Source of the DNA: Tannerella sp.
GTDB taxonomy: Bacteria > Bacteroidota > Bacteroidia > Bacteroidales > Tannerellaceae
Assembly (NCBI GenBank): GCA_031272155.1
Contig: JAISUI010000103.1
Coordinates: forward strand, 71 to 64,070
Length of the DNA: 64,000 bases
Direction of reading: 5' to 3'
A model generated the notes under the pieces. That model made no database searches, was not told the DNA's origin, and was given only the letters and a program-made list of their open reading frames with translations. Below, piece after piece: positions 49,701 through 57,474 of the stretch (positions are counted from its first letter, which is position 1; every line of letters starts with the position of its first letter). The translations under genes were made by a program, and so were the position numbers.

Positions 49701-50581
49701 TCATTTTGAACTGGAGGCAAGGCGGAAACCGCCGTAGTCGCTGTTGACGCCGTACGAGGGGTCGAAGTTACGGACCGACACGCGGCAATCCCTCGCGTAG
49801 TAGCCCCAATAGCCTCCGCGTATCACACGGTACGAGTGCTGTTCGCTACTATAAGAGCCATACCGGTCACTGCACCATTCCCAAACGTTGCCGCTCATGT
49901 CATAAAGACCCAACTCGTTAGGCATTTTCGTTCCGACAGAATGTTTCGTTTTGTTAGAATTATAATAATACCATGCCACATCGCCAACGGTATTGCTGCC
50001 GCTGTATTTGTATCCCTTGCTTTTCCTGCCGCCACGGGCTGCATATTCCCATTCCGCTTCTGTCGGCAGGCGATACCTCGCGCCGCCGCCTTTCTTCTGG
50101 CTTAACTTGTAGCAGAAGCCATCAGTGCAATAATCAACGCCATTGACAGTATAACCCACTTCGCCGCTCGTGCCTACTATCATATTCCAACTGACGAACT
50201 CGACCGGCAGATTTTCACCTTTGATGAAGCTAGTAGTTGTACCCATCACAGATTCCCATTCTTCCTGCGTAACTTCGTATTTGCCAATGTAAAAACTGCT
50301 CAACGTTACCTGATGAGCCGGCTTTTCATTGTCATAAGCATCACTACCCTGCTCTTCGGTAGCGCCCATAATGAATGTTCCGCCGTCAACCTTGACCATC
50401 TCGAAACTGCCATTGTAAGAATTGCTGCCTCCCCAGAAGTCATCGTCGTCTTCGTCATCAACCCCATCGTGAATACACGACTCAGCGTCACTGCACATAC
50501 AGCTATGGCTGCAACATAAGCCGGGAAACGTCGCTGCCTGTACAGTAAATTGTCTGTTTCTTTTTCTACAAAATAATTCAT
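49701..50581 (-). pseudogene. FGE-sulfatase/CLec-fold lipoprotein, frameshifted after the signal peptide; putative DGR target
   Basis: GGTFIMG, EKPAHQVTL, YEVTQ, RLPTEAEWEYAARGG, PNELGLYDMSGNVWEW, RVIRGG, GFRLA; signal peptide is in a different frame, joined by adding 1 nt at about 50480. Confidence 0.8.
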
Positions 50582-50625
50582 AATACATTGAATTTTAATT
50601 ATTTTACCTCGCAATATTGCGATTG

Positions 50626-50668
50626 CACTCTACCCAAGAATCGAACTTGGGCTGGCTCCAAGTAGAGT
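50626..50668 (-). ncRNA. tRNA-like minihelix (acceptor stem + T arm only)
   Basis: ACTCTAC-11 nt-CCAAG-TTCGATT-CTTGG-GTAGAGT-G: perfect 7-bp and 5-bp stems with a canonical TTCGA loop. Confidence 0.6.
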
Positions 50669-50699
50669 TGTTTCGTTAAAGGTTTTATTAACGTTTTCA

Positions 50700-51560
50700 T
50701 CAAGCGTATTTTCCGAAAAGATTATTCCAGTTTTTTCTATATTCTTCTAAAATTTCTTGTGTAATATATGTATTTCTAAATTTCACAATGTCTTTTAACC
50801 AAATATTGGCTTTATACAAATCGCTGTCAAACAAAGTAGAAAACAATTCGCGAAACATATATCTTTTATTATCTGATATTTGCGATGCTAAAGTTATTGC
50901 TTTTGAGATTTGTTCAATTGCACCTAATTGAAGGTAACCTATATTTCTAAAAAACAAATCTTTTAGTTCATTAATTTCGTCTAATGATAACGAACTTTTA
51001 ATTAGTGTTGATTCCACTGTTTTTACTGTACTATATACGCCATGAGCAAAAATATAAATTTGATGTCCATATTTCGCATAATTCATTATTACAGGCTTAA
51101 TTACAGCGAATTGTTCTCTAATACTACTATCAGGTATTATTGTATATTTTCCTATTTCAGCGAGATGTGCCATTGCCCAAAAACCATTTACCATTTCATT
51201 CTGAATAGGAATAGTCAGCCTCTCGACCGCTGTTTCAAAAAGTGCCAATTGATTATATATTATATTAGTCGAACGATTTAATAAGAATTCTCTCCTTGTT
51301 TCTTCCATTTCCTCGCGCTGAAATGAAAGTTCATGTTTTTGAATAAGAAATGTAACGATTACTCCGGCAAAAGCAAGCCCAGAGAACAAAGTATTTAATG
51401 CACCGTAACTGTCGCCAAAAGTACCGGACTTTGACCAATCCATTGTGCCATTAATTAAAAACAACACTAATGGATAAATCAGGCAAATTGCAATAATAAT
51501 TATTGCGATTAGCATAAACCAACTGCCATATTTATAATTATTCTTTTCCCTGTACCTCAT
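50700..51560 (-). CDS. Membrane protein with N-terminal module typical of putative abortive-infection (putAbiC-like) proteins
   Basis: TM - GTFGDSYGALNTLFSGLAFAGVIVTFLIQ - coiled coil QREEMEETRREF; C-terminal domain unrecognised; low GC. Confidence 0.6.
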   Translation of the reverse strand: MRYREKNNYKYGSWFMLIAIIIIAICLIYPLVLFLINGTMDWSKSGTFGDSYGALNTLFSGLAFAGVIVTFLIQKHELSFQREEMEETRREFLLNRSTNIIYNQLALFETAVERLTIPIQNEMVNGFWAMAHLAEIGKYTIIPDSSIREQFAVIKPVIMNYAKYGHQIYIFAHGVYSTVKTVESTLIKSSLSLDEINELKDLFFRNIGYLQLGAIEQISKAITLASQISDNKRYMFRELFSTLFDSDLYKANIWLKDIVKFRNTYITQEILEEYRKNWNNLFGKYA

Positions 51561-51972
51561 AACTGTTATACGTTATATTTTTGTTAGATTTATTTGCTTG
51601 CATTCGTTCGATTATTTTACTGATATCAGCTTTTGTGCGGTTTTTCCAACAGCCCAACAATGATTTACATAACCAAATAAAACATAACACAGTAAACAGA
51701 TAAAAGCCTGCAGCCCAGATCTCCTTGCTTATTCCAAATAAATTTTTAAATTCGGCTGTTGATGCTAATGTCGCAATAAATGAAACTAATAGACTAACGG
51801 GAGTAATCCAATCACGCATTGCTTTTATTGCAGTAATCGCGTCTGCCAAAATCAATCTGATTTTATCAGTTGTAATAAAAATCGCTTCCTGCTCGACATT
51901 TGTATGCACAATCAGATTTTTTGACAATTCGGCATTGCAATCTATATTGAAGCTACTTTTATTTTCCATCAT
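51538..51972 (-). CDS. Hypothetical two-TM membrane protein
   Basis: HTNVEQE.I.IT.DK.RL.L motif then two hydrophobic helices; overlaps both neighbours. Confidence 0.75.
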   Translation of the reverse strand: MMENKSSFNIDCNAELSKNLIVHTNVEQEAIFITTDKIRLILADAITAIKAMRDWITPVSLLVSFIATLASTAEFKNLFGISKEIWAAGFYLFTVLCFIWLCKSLLGCWKNRTKADISKIIERMQANKSNKNITYNSYEVQGKE

Positions 51973-52222
51973 TTCCTCCTTTTTTTGGCAATAAGCCCAA
52001 TGAACCTAACGCATGTTGACTCACAAAACCACAGTTCTCACAAATAATTGCTACGGTTGGAATACCTGCACCTCCAATTGAATAAGAGCCTATATCCCTT
52101 TGTAATTGGTTATTAAAATATCCATCTGCTAAAACAAAACGATTGTTTTGACACATAGGACAAGTTATTCTGCTAATCTTCTCGCTGAGTTCTTGAGCGA
52201 TTTCTCTTTTGTTGTATGACAT
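51959..52222 (-). CDS. Small zinc-ribbon protein
   Basis: CPMC ... CENCG pairs in 87 aa. Confidence 0.78.
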   Translation of the reverse strand: MSYNKREIAQELSEKISRITCPMCQNNRFVLADGYFNNQLQRDIGSYSIGGAGIPTVAIICENCGFVSQHALGSLGLLPKKGGNDGK

Positions 52223-52319
52223 ATATTTCTTGTTTTTGCTTTAGTAATTTTGCATTAACTTTAAATATTCACTTGCAATACATTAATATAAAGTATTCAT
52301 CGTTTTTAAATTTAATGAT

Positions 52320-52664
52320 TTATGCAGGAAAACATATAGGGATTGAAAACTTGATACGACTTTCCTTTGCCGTACTTGTTTCTTTTTGAAGATGTCCACC
52401 TGCGCTAACGCATGCGATATCTATTTTTCCGCCACCCTCTTTTTCAGTTGAGTCAGTTACTGTTACAGCTATATCCATATCAATAGTATGGATTCTCCTT
52501 TTTCGAGGATAATGACTATCTTTAGCTTCAATGTAGTAATCTCCGTTATTACCTTCATCTATAAATGGATTAATAATAACTCCATGTTTGCATTCATGTT
52601 GTGCATCTATCACTCCTTGCGATATTTGGTCAATGGTATAACTGATAAAATCTTTTAATTCCAT
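52320..52664 (-). CDS. Trypco2-like (trypsin co-occurring) domain protein
   Basis: MELKDFI..TI.QI..GV..AQ, DIAVTV, GGGKI, SRIKFSIPI pattern. Confidence 0.7.
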   Translation of the reverse strand: MELKDFISYTIDQISQGVIDAQHECKHGVIINPFIDEGNNGDYYIEAKDSHYPRKRRIHTIDMDIAVTVTDSTEKEGGGKIDIACVSAGGHLQKETSTAKESRIKFSIPICFPA

Positions 52665-52906
52665 AATACAGTGTTAATTGAATTACTACTATCATCTATC
52701 ATCTCACTTACAGTACCTACTACTGCAAAATTGTTAGGATCATCAACATAGGCATTAACACAGTAACCGTTATCACGTTCACCTAAAAATATTCCTCCAA
52801 CTGAGTCGTCCACATTTCGCAAGATATTCAAAATCTCTTGTTGGGATGATACAAAATATTGAGTACCATTAACAAGTTGAAAAATTATCTCTTTTCTTTT
52901 TTCCAT
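52655..52906 (-). CDS. Hypothetical protein (83 aa)
   Basis: ATG 52906 follows a TATCTTTG box (52965-52972, minus); overlaps the next gene by 10 nt. Confidence 0.55.
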   Translation of the reverse strand: MEKRKEIIFQLVNGTQYFVSSQQEILNILRNVDDSVGGIFLGERDNGYCVNAYVDDPNNFAVVGTVSEMIDDSSNSINTVLWN

Positions 52907-53063
52907 ATTCTTAGTTTCACGTCCGTTCCTTAAACAGACCTTTATTATTATTAAATTTCGCTTGCAAAGATATAACATAAATTACTATAAATAAGCAATT
53001 TAATATTTCGAATATCGCTACAAAAACACACTGAATTTTGCTACAAAAATGTATTGGATGATG

Positions 53064-53303
53064 CTACATTTTTGGTTCCGTTGGGGCGGAATGAGCAAAA
53101 ATATTAGACAAGTCACTAAAGAAATTGTGTTTGAGAATAATGGAAATCTGCCACAAGTCGCTCATATAGATATCGGGATTTTTGAAAATACGGTAGAGTT
53201 TAGAACGGTCGCAGCCGAGTTGTTTGGTGAGCCAGACAACCGTTTGTCCGTTTTCGCGCAAATGTTTGCGCACGAGTTTGCCTATGTGTAGATTTTTATC
53301 CAT
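53064..53303 (-). CDS. Small XRE-family HTH regulator
   Basis: HIGKLVRKHL.E.GQTVVWLTKQLGCDRSKLYRIF...IS..L.HNFF, a Bacteroidetes-type XRE. Confidence 0.85.
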   Translation of the reverse strand: MDKNLHIGKLVRKHLRENGQTVVWLTKQLGCDRSKLYRIFKNPDIYMSDLWQISIILKHNFFSDLSNIFAHSAPTEPKM

Positions 53304-53460
53304 AAAAAAAGCGTAAACTGTTTCATTATGCTTATTTTCATCGTCAAGGCTCTACCAAAACCGTTGTCAGCAAATAAGTACGAAAAACAGTTCACGCCTT
53401 TCGACGTGAACCTTCGCTACCTATTCTCGCTGACTAAACTGGTAGATTTATGACGATGAG
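53304..53460 (-). promoter_or_regulatory. Highly structured 5' leader / attenuator-like RNA
   Basis: Nested stems TCATCGTCA/TGACGATGA, TCTACCA/TGGTAGA, GTCAGC/GCTGAC and GTTCACG/CGTGAAC, plus an alternative 13-nt helix ending in T7 just before the ATG. Confidence 0.65.
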
Positions 53461-53592
53461 AGAATAATCGCTAAAAGTTCAAATTATGTAATTATCAATA
53501 TTTTATATCTGTTTCGTAAAAACATATTTTATATTTGTCGGACAAAGATACGGATTTTTTTGAAAAATATTTGTCGGCGTTAAAATTCTAAG

Positions 53593-53600
53593 TATCTTTG
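53593..53600 (+). promoter_or_regulatory. -7 promoter box TATCTTTG
   Basis: TAnnTTTG 20 nt upstream of the DUF362 gene. Confidence 0.6.
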
Positions 53601-53619
53601 CGCTGAAAAATTTAATTAT

Positions 53620-54567
53620 ATGAGTATGAAACGTCGTGATTTTTTAAGAAATAGCGTGGCGGCAGGCGCGGGAATGGCTTTGTCGCTGAATTTTGAGGGT
53701 CTGCAGGCTGCATTAAACTCCAACCGGATAGCGGTGGAGGAAGCGCCTGACTTGGTTGCCGTGATGGGCGGCGAACCTGATGTGATGCTGGACAGGGCGC
53801 TGGAAGCCTTGGGCGGCATCGGCAAATATGTCAAACAGGGACAAAAGGTTGTGATTAAGCCGAATATCGGCTGGGATCGTTCGCCGGAGCTGGCGGGCAA
53901 CACGAATCCGGAATTGGTGAAAGCCTTGGTAAAGAAATGCCTTGCTGCCGGTGCGCAGAAAGTGACGGTCTTTGACCATACCTGCGACGACTGGCAGAAA
54001 TGTTATACATCCAGCGGCATTGAAGCCGCGGTGAAAGCGGCCGGAGGCGTTATCGTTCCGGCCAACGACGAGCGTTATTACAGCAAAGAAATCACATTAT
54101 CTCAAGGTGTTACGCTAAAAAAGGCAAAAATTCATGAGGCGCTTGCCGATGCCGATGTGTGGTTTAATGTGCCGATACTCAAAAATCATGGCGGCGCCAA
54201 ACTGTCGGGCGCCATGAAAAATTATATGGGCATCGTCTGGGACCGCCGTATTTTCCATTCGAGCGGCCTGCAGCAATGTATCGCCGACATCTGCACCTGG
54301 ACAAAAAAGCCGACGCTTAATATCGTTGACGCCTACCGTATTATGCACCAGAACGGGCCACAGGGGAAAAGCGCCGCCGATGTGACGACTGTGAAATCGT
54401 TGATTGTTTCGGCCGACATCGTAGCGGCAGATACGGCCGCCGTGCGTTTCTTCAATCAGGTTAAGAAATTAGATATTAAAGCAGTAGGACATATTGGTAT
54501 TGGTGAGTCCTTGAAATTGGGCACAACAGACCTTGACAAGCTTGATATTAAACGGATTAAGATATAA
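53620..54567 (+). CDS. DUF362 domain protein with Tat signal
   Basis: KRRDFL, VVIKPNIGWDR, NTNP, NVPILKNH, MKNYMG. Confidence 0.9.
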   Translation: MSMKRRDFLRNSVAAGAGMALSLNFEGLQAALNSNRIAVEEAPDLVAVMGGEPDVMLDRALEALGGIGKYVKQGQKVVIKPNIGWDRSPELAGNTNPELVKALVKKCLAAGAQKVTVFDHTCDDWQKCYTSSGIEAAVKAAGGVIVPANDERYYSKEITLSQGVTLKKAKIHEALADADVWFNVPILKNHGGAKLSGAMKNYMGIVWDRRIFHSSGLQQCIADICTWTKKPTLNIVDAYRIMHQNGPQGKSAADVTTVKSLIVSADIVAADTAAVRFFNQVKKLDIKAVGHIGIGESLKLGTTDLDKLDIKRIKI

Positions 54568-54569
54568 CA

Positions 54570-56114
54570 ATGAAAAAGGTTCATTTTTTGAAAGTATTGC
54601 GGGTTTTGCTCGCAATACTTGTTTTTACGCCCATCCTGTTGTTTTTTGTTGATTTCACCGGAAAATCACCACTATGGCTGCATCGTTTGATGCACTTCCA
54701 GTTCATCCCTTCCCTGCTGGGCGGAATGTACGGCATAATGGCTGTTTTACTGTTGCTTACGTTTCTGTTTGGACGCATTTACTGTTCCGTTATCTGTCCG
54801 GCCGGCGTCCTGCAGGACATCATCAACCGGATATATTGTATAGGCAAAAAGAAGAAAAACGGAATTTGGCGTTTCCGGTATCACAAACCTCAAAACTGGC
54901 TGCGTTATACCCTGCTGGCTGTTACGGGTATAACGATTGCGTTTGGCTCGATAGAGTTATGCCTGTTGCTTGACCCGTACAGCAATTTCGGACGCATCGC
55001 CGGTAATTTATTTCGCCCGCTTGTCATACTGGGCAATAACCTGATTGCCGATGGATTGGCCAAAACAGGAAATTATTCGCTTTATCACGAATCCGTCCGG
55101 ATAGCAACTCCGGCGCTGATTGCGGCAAGTGTTGCCATAGTCGTATTCATCGTGTTTTCGGTCTGGCGGGGACGGTTATTCTGCAATACGCTTTGCCCGG
55201 TGGGTGCGTTGTTGAGTCTGTTTTCGCGTTTTTCGTTAATGCGTATCGCCGTTGACAAATCGTTGTGCAACCACTGTTTAACATGCGAACGCAGTTGCAA
55301 AGCCGAAGCCATCAACAGTAAAGAGGCGAAAATTGATATGTCGCGCTGCGTGGGCTGTTTCAACTGTCTGAGTTCGTGCAAACAGAACGCGCTGACATGC
55401 AGGCCGTTCTTCGTCGCCGACAAAACGGAATCTGCCGCTACGCCCGAGTCGCACAAACCCAACAGCCGCCGCGAATTCATCGCTACAAGCGCAGCAATAG
55501 CCGTAGCCGCCCCTGCAGCCATGCTCAAAGCGCAAAACGAACAAGCCGACGCCGAAAAGCGGCAACCCGTTACGCCCCCCGGTTCACTCAGTCTGGAGCA
55601 TTTCAAAGACAAATGCACGGCGTGCCACCTCTGTGTCACCCATTGCCCAAGCCATGTACTGCGACCGGCAGGATTAGCGTATGGTTTTGATTATCTGCTC
55701 AAACCGCAGATGTCGTATGTGGACAGTTATTGCAATTACGAATGTGTGATCTGCTCGGAAGTCTGTCCCCTGGGGGCTATCCGTCCGCTGACGGTCGAAG
55801 AGAAAAAAACTACGCAAATCGGCGTGGCACAGTTCTTTGAAGATATATGCGTAGTCAAAGTGAAAGAGCAGGACTGCGGCGCATGTTCGGAACACTGCCC
55901 AACGCAGGCTGTCCACATGGTGCCCTATAAAGGGACATTGACGATTCCCAAAGTAGAGCCTGAACTATGTGTCGGTTGCGGCGGCTGCGAATCCATCTGC
56001 CCCGTCCGTCCAGATCGCGCCATTATTATCAAAGCGCATCCGGTACACCGGACGGTTGAGAAAATAAAGGAAGAAAAGGCTTTGGATGTGGAAATAAATG
56101 AATTTGGATTCTAA
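54570..56114 (+). CDS. Membrane polyferredoxin (NapH/NapG-like 4Fe-4S protein)
   Basis: GRIYCSVICP, GRLFCNTLCPVG, several CxxCxxCxxxC motifs, PPG motif. Confidence 0.9.
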   Translation: MKKVHFLKVLRVLLAILVFTPILLFFVDFTGKSPLWLHRLMHFQFIPSLLGGMYGIMAVLLLLTFLFGRIYCSVICPAGVLQDIINRIYCIGKKKKNGIWRFRYHKPQNWLRYTLLAVTGITIAFGSIELCLLLDPYSNFGRIAGNLFRPLVILGNNLIADGLAKTGNYSLYHESVRIATPALIAASVAIVVFIVFSVWRGRLFCNTLCPVGALLSLFSRFSLMRIAVDKSLCNHCLTCERSCKAEAINSKEAKIDMSRCVGCFNCLSSCKQNALTCRPFFVADKTESAATPESHKPNSRREFIATSAAIAVAAPAAMLKAQNEQADAEKRQPVTPPGSLSLEHFKDKCTACHLCVTHCPSHVLRPAGLAYGFDYLLKPQMSYVDSYCNYECVICSEVCPLGAIRPLTVEEKKTTQIGVAQFFEDICVVKVKEQDCGACSEHCPTQAVHMVPYKGTLTIPKVEPELCVGCGGCESICPVRPDRAIIIKAHPVHRTVEKIKEEKALDVEINEFGF

Positions 56115-56192
56115 AAAGCGAAAAAATCGCAATGTGTTGGTTAATTCCGAAATAAATGCGTATTTTTGACGCTCGTAAGAAAATGATGCATT

Positions 56193-57233
56193 ATGAATAG
56201 AGCCAAATCATCGGTACGTAAGGCGATTTTTGCGATTGCCGCCGCTGTGCTCCTGTTGTTGGCAGGCGCGGGCGGCTATGTCTGTTATGTATTGTTTACG
56301 CCGAATTTTTCACCGGCTCAAACGCAATATATTTATATTTATCCGGAAAAAGACTTCAGCGATCTGTGCCGGCAACTTCAGGAAGCAGGATGTAGCCACA
56401 TCGAATCGTTTCGCAAAGCGACACAACTGCTTAATTATCAGGATGAATTAAAAACAGGTCGCTATGCGATTCATTCGGGACTCAATAATTACAGTTTGCT
56501 GAAAGATCTGCGCCGCGGTGAACAGGCTCCTGTCCGTATCACCTTCAATAACATCCGTTTAAAAGAGGATTTGGCAGAGCGGCTAAGCGAACAGCTGATG
56601 CTTGACGACAACGAACTGCTTGTGCTGATGAACGACTCCGAATATTGCGCCGCTATGGGATTTATTCCGCAGACAATCAAAGCAATGTTTATTCCAAATA
56701 CGTATGAAGTGTATTGGACGATTTCGGCCGAAAAACTGATGCAGCGGATGAAACAGGAATTTACGGCCTTCTGGACGCCGGAACGCCTTGAAAAAGCGGA
56801 AAATATCCATCTTTCGCCCGTGGAAGTCTCTGTATTGGCTTCGATTGTGGAAGAAGAATCGGCTGTGGCCGACGAATATCCTGTTATTGCAGGGTTGTAT
56901 ATCAATCGGTTGCGAAAGGGCATCCCATTGCAGGCCGACCCGACTGTTAAGTACGCGGCAGGCGATTTCACCCTGAAACGGATATTGGATGTTCATCTTC
57001 GTACCGATTCACCGTATAATACGTATCTGCACGAAGGATTACCGCCCGGACCATTGCGCGTTCCGTCCATTACAGCCTTGAATGCAACGCTCAACTACAA
57101 ACAGCATAACTATTTGTATATGTGCGCTAAAGAAGATTTTTCAGGCCGTCACAACTTTGCCGTCACCCTTGCCGAACACAACCGGAATGCCAAACTGTAC
57201 CATCAGGCGCTGAATAAACGAAATATCAGGTGA
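56193..57233 (+). CDS. mltG: Endolytic transglycosylase MltG
   Basis: N-terminal TM, PNTY, ASIVEEE, NRL..G.PLQADPT, SPYNTY..GLPPGP. Confidence 0.95.
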   Translation: MNRAKSSVRKAIFAIAAAVLLLLAGAGGYVCYVLFTPNFSPAQTQYIYIYPEKDFSDLCRQLQEAGCSHIESFRKATQLLNYQDELKTGRYAIHSGLNNYSLLKDLRRGEQAPVRITFNNIRLKEDLAERLSEQLMLDDNELLVLMNDSEYCAAMGFIPQTIKAMFIPNTYEVYWTISAEKLMQRMKQEFTAFWTPERLEKAENIHLSPVEVSVLASIVEEESAVADEYPVIAGLYINRLRKGIPLQADPTVKYAAGDFTLKRILDVHLRTDSPYNTYLHEGLPPGPLRVPSITALNATLNYKQHNYLYMCAKEDFSGRHNFAVTLAEHNRNAKLYHQALNKRNIR

Positions 57234-57252
57234 TGTAATTTCGGAAACATCC

Positions 57253-57288
57253 AAAAAAAATAGCAACAAGTTAATTTGTCGCTATTTT
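57253..57288. terminator. Bidirectional terminator between mltG and tRNA
   Basis: AAAATAGCAACAAG-TTAA-TTTGTCGCTATTTT. Confidence 0.7.
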
Positions 57289-57292
57289 CGCG

Positions 57293-57366
57293 TGGTCCCA
57301 CTTGGGCTTGAACCAAGGACCCCCTGATTATGAGTCAGATGCTCTAACCAACTGAGCTATGGGACC
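57293..57366 (-). tRNA. tRNA with CAT anticodon, probably tRNA-Ile2 (lysidine)
   Basis: GGTCCCA/TGGGACC acceptor, TCTGA-CTCATAA-TCAGG arm; lacks the initiator GGG/CCC stem; Ile2-like sequence. Confidence 0.92.
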
Positions 57367-57474
57367 GATTTCATCAGGACATTCCATAGAAATCGGGGGC
57401 AAAGGTAAGAAAAAAATGGGACAAAAAAGAATAATTGAAATTTTATTTGCTATTTTTGCCGCAAAAAAGAAAGG

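Noticed and set aside
50480-50588. Cys/His-rich metal-binding N-terminus of the 295-aa ORF
   Set aside because: Better explained as the out-of-frame reading of a lipoprotein signal peptide
48598-53550. Intact prophage or ICE
   Set aside because: No integrase, structural, replication or conjugation genes, and no flanking direct repeats found
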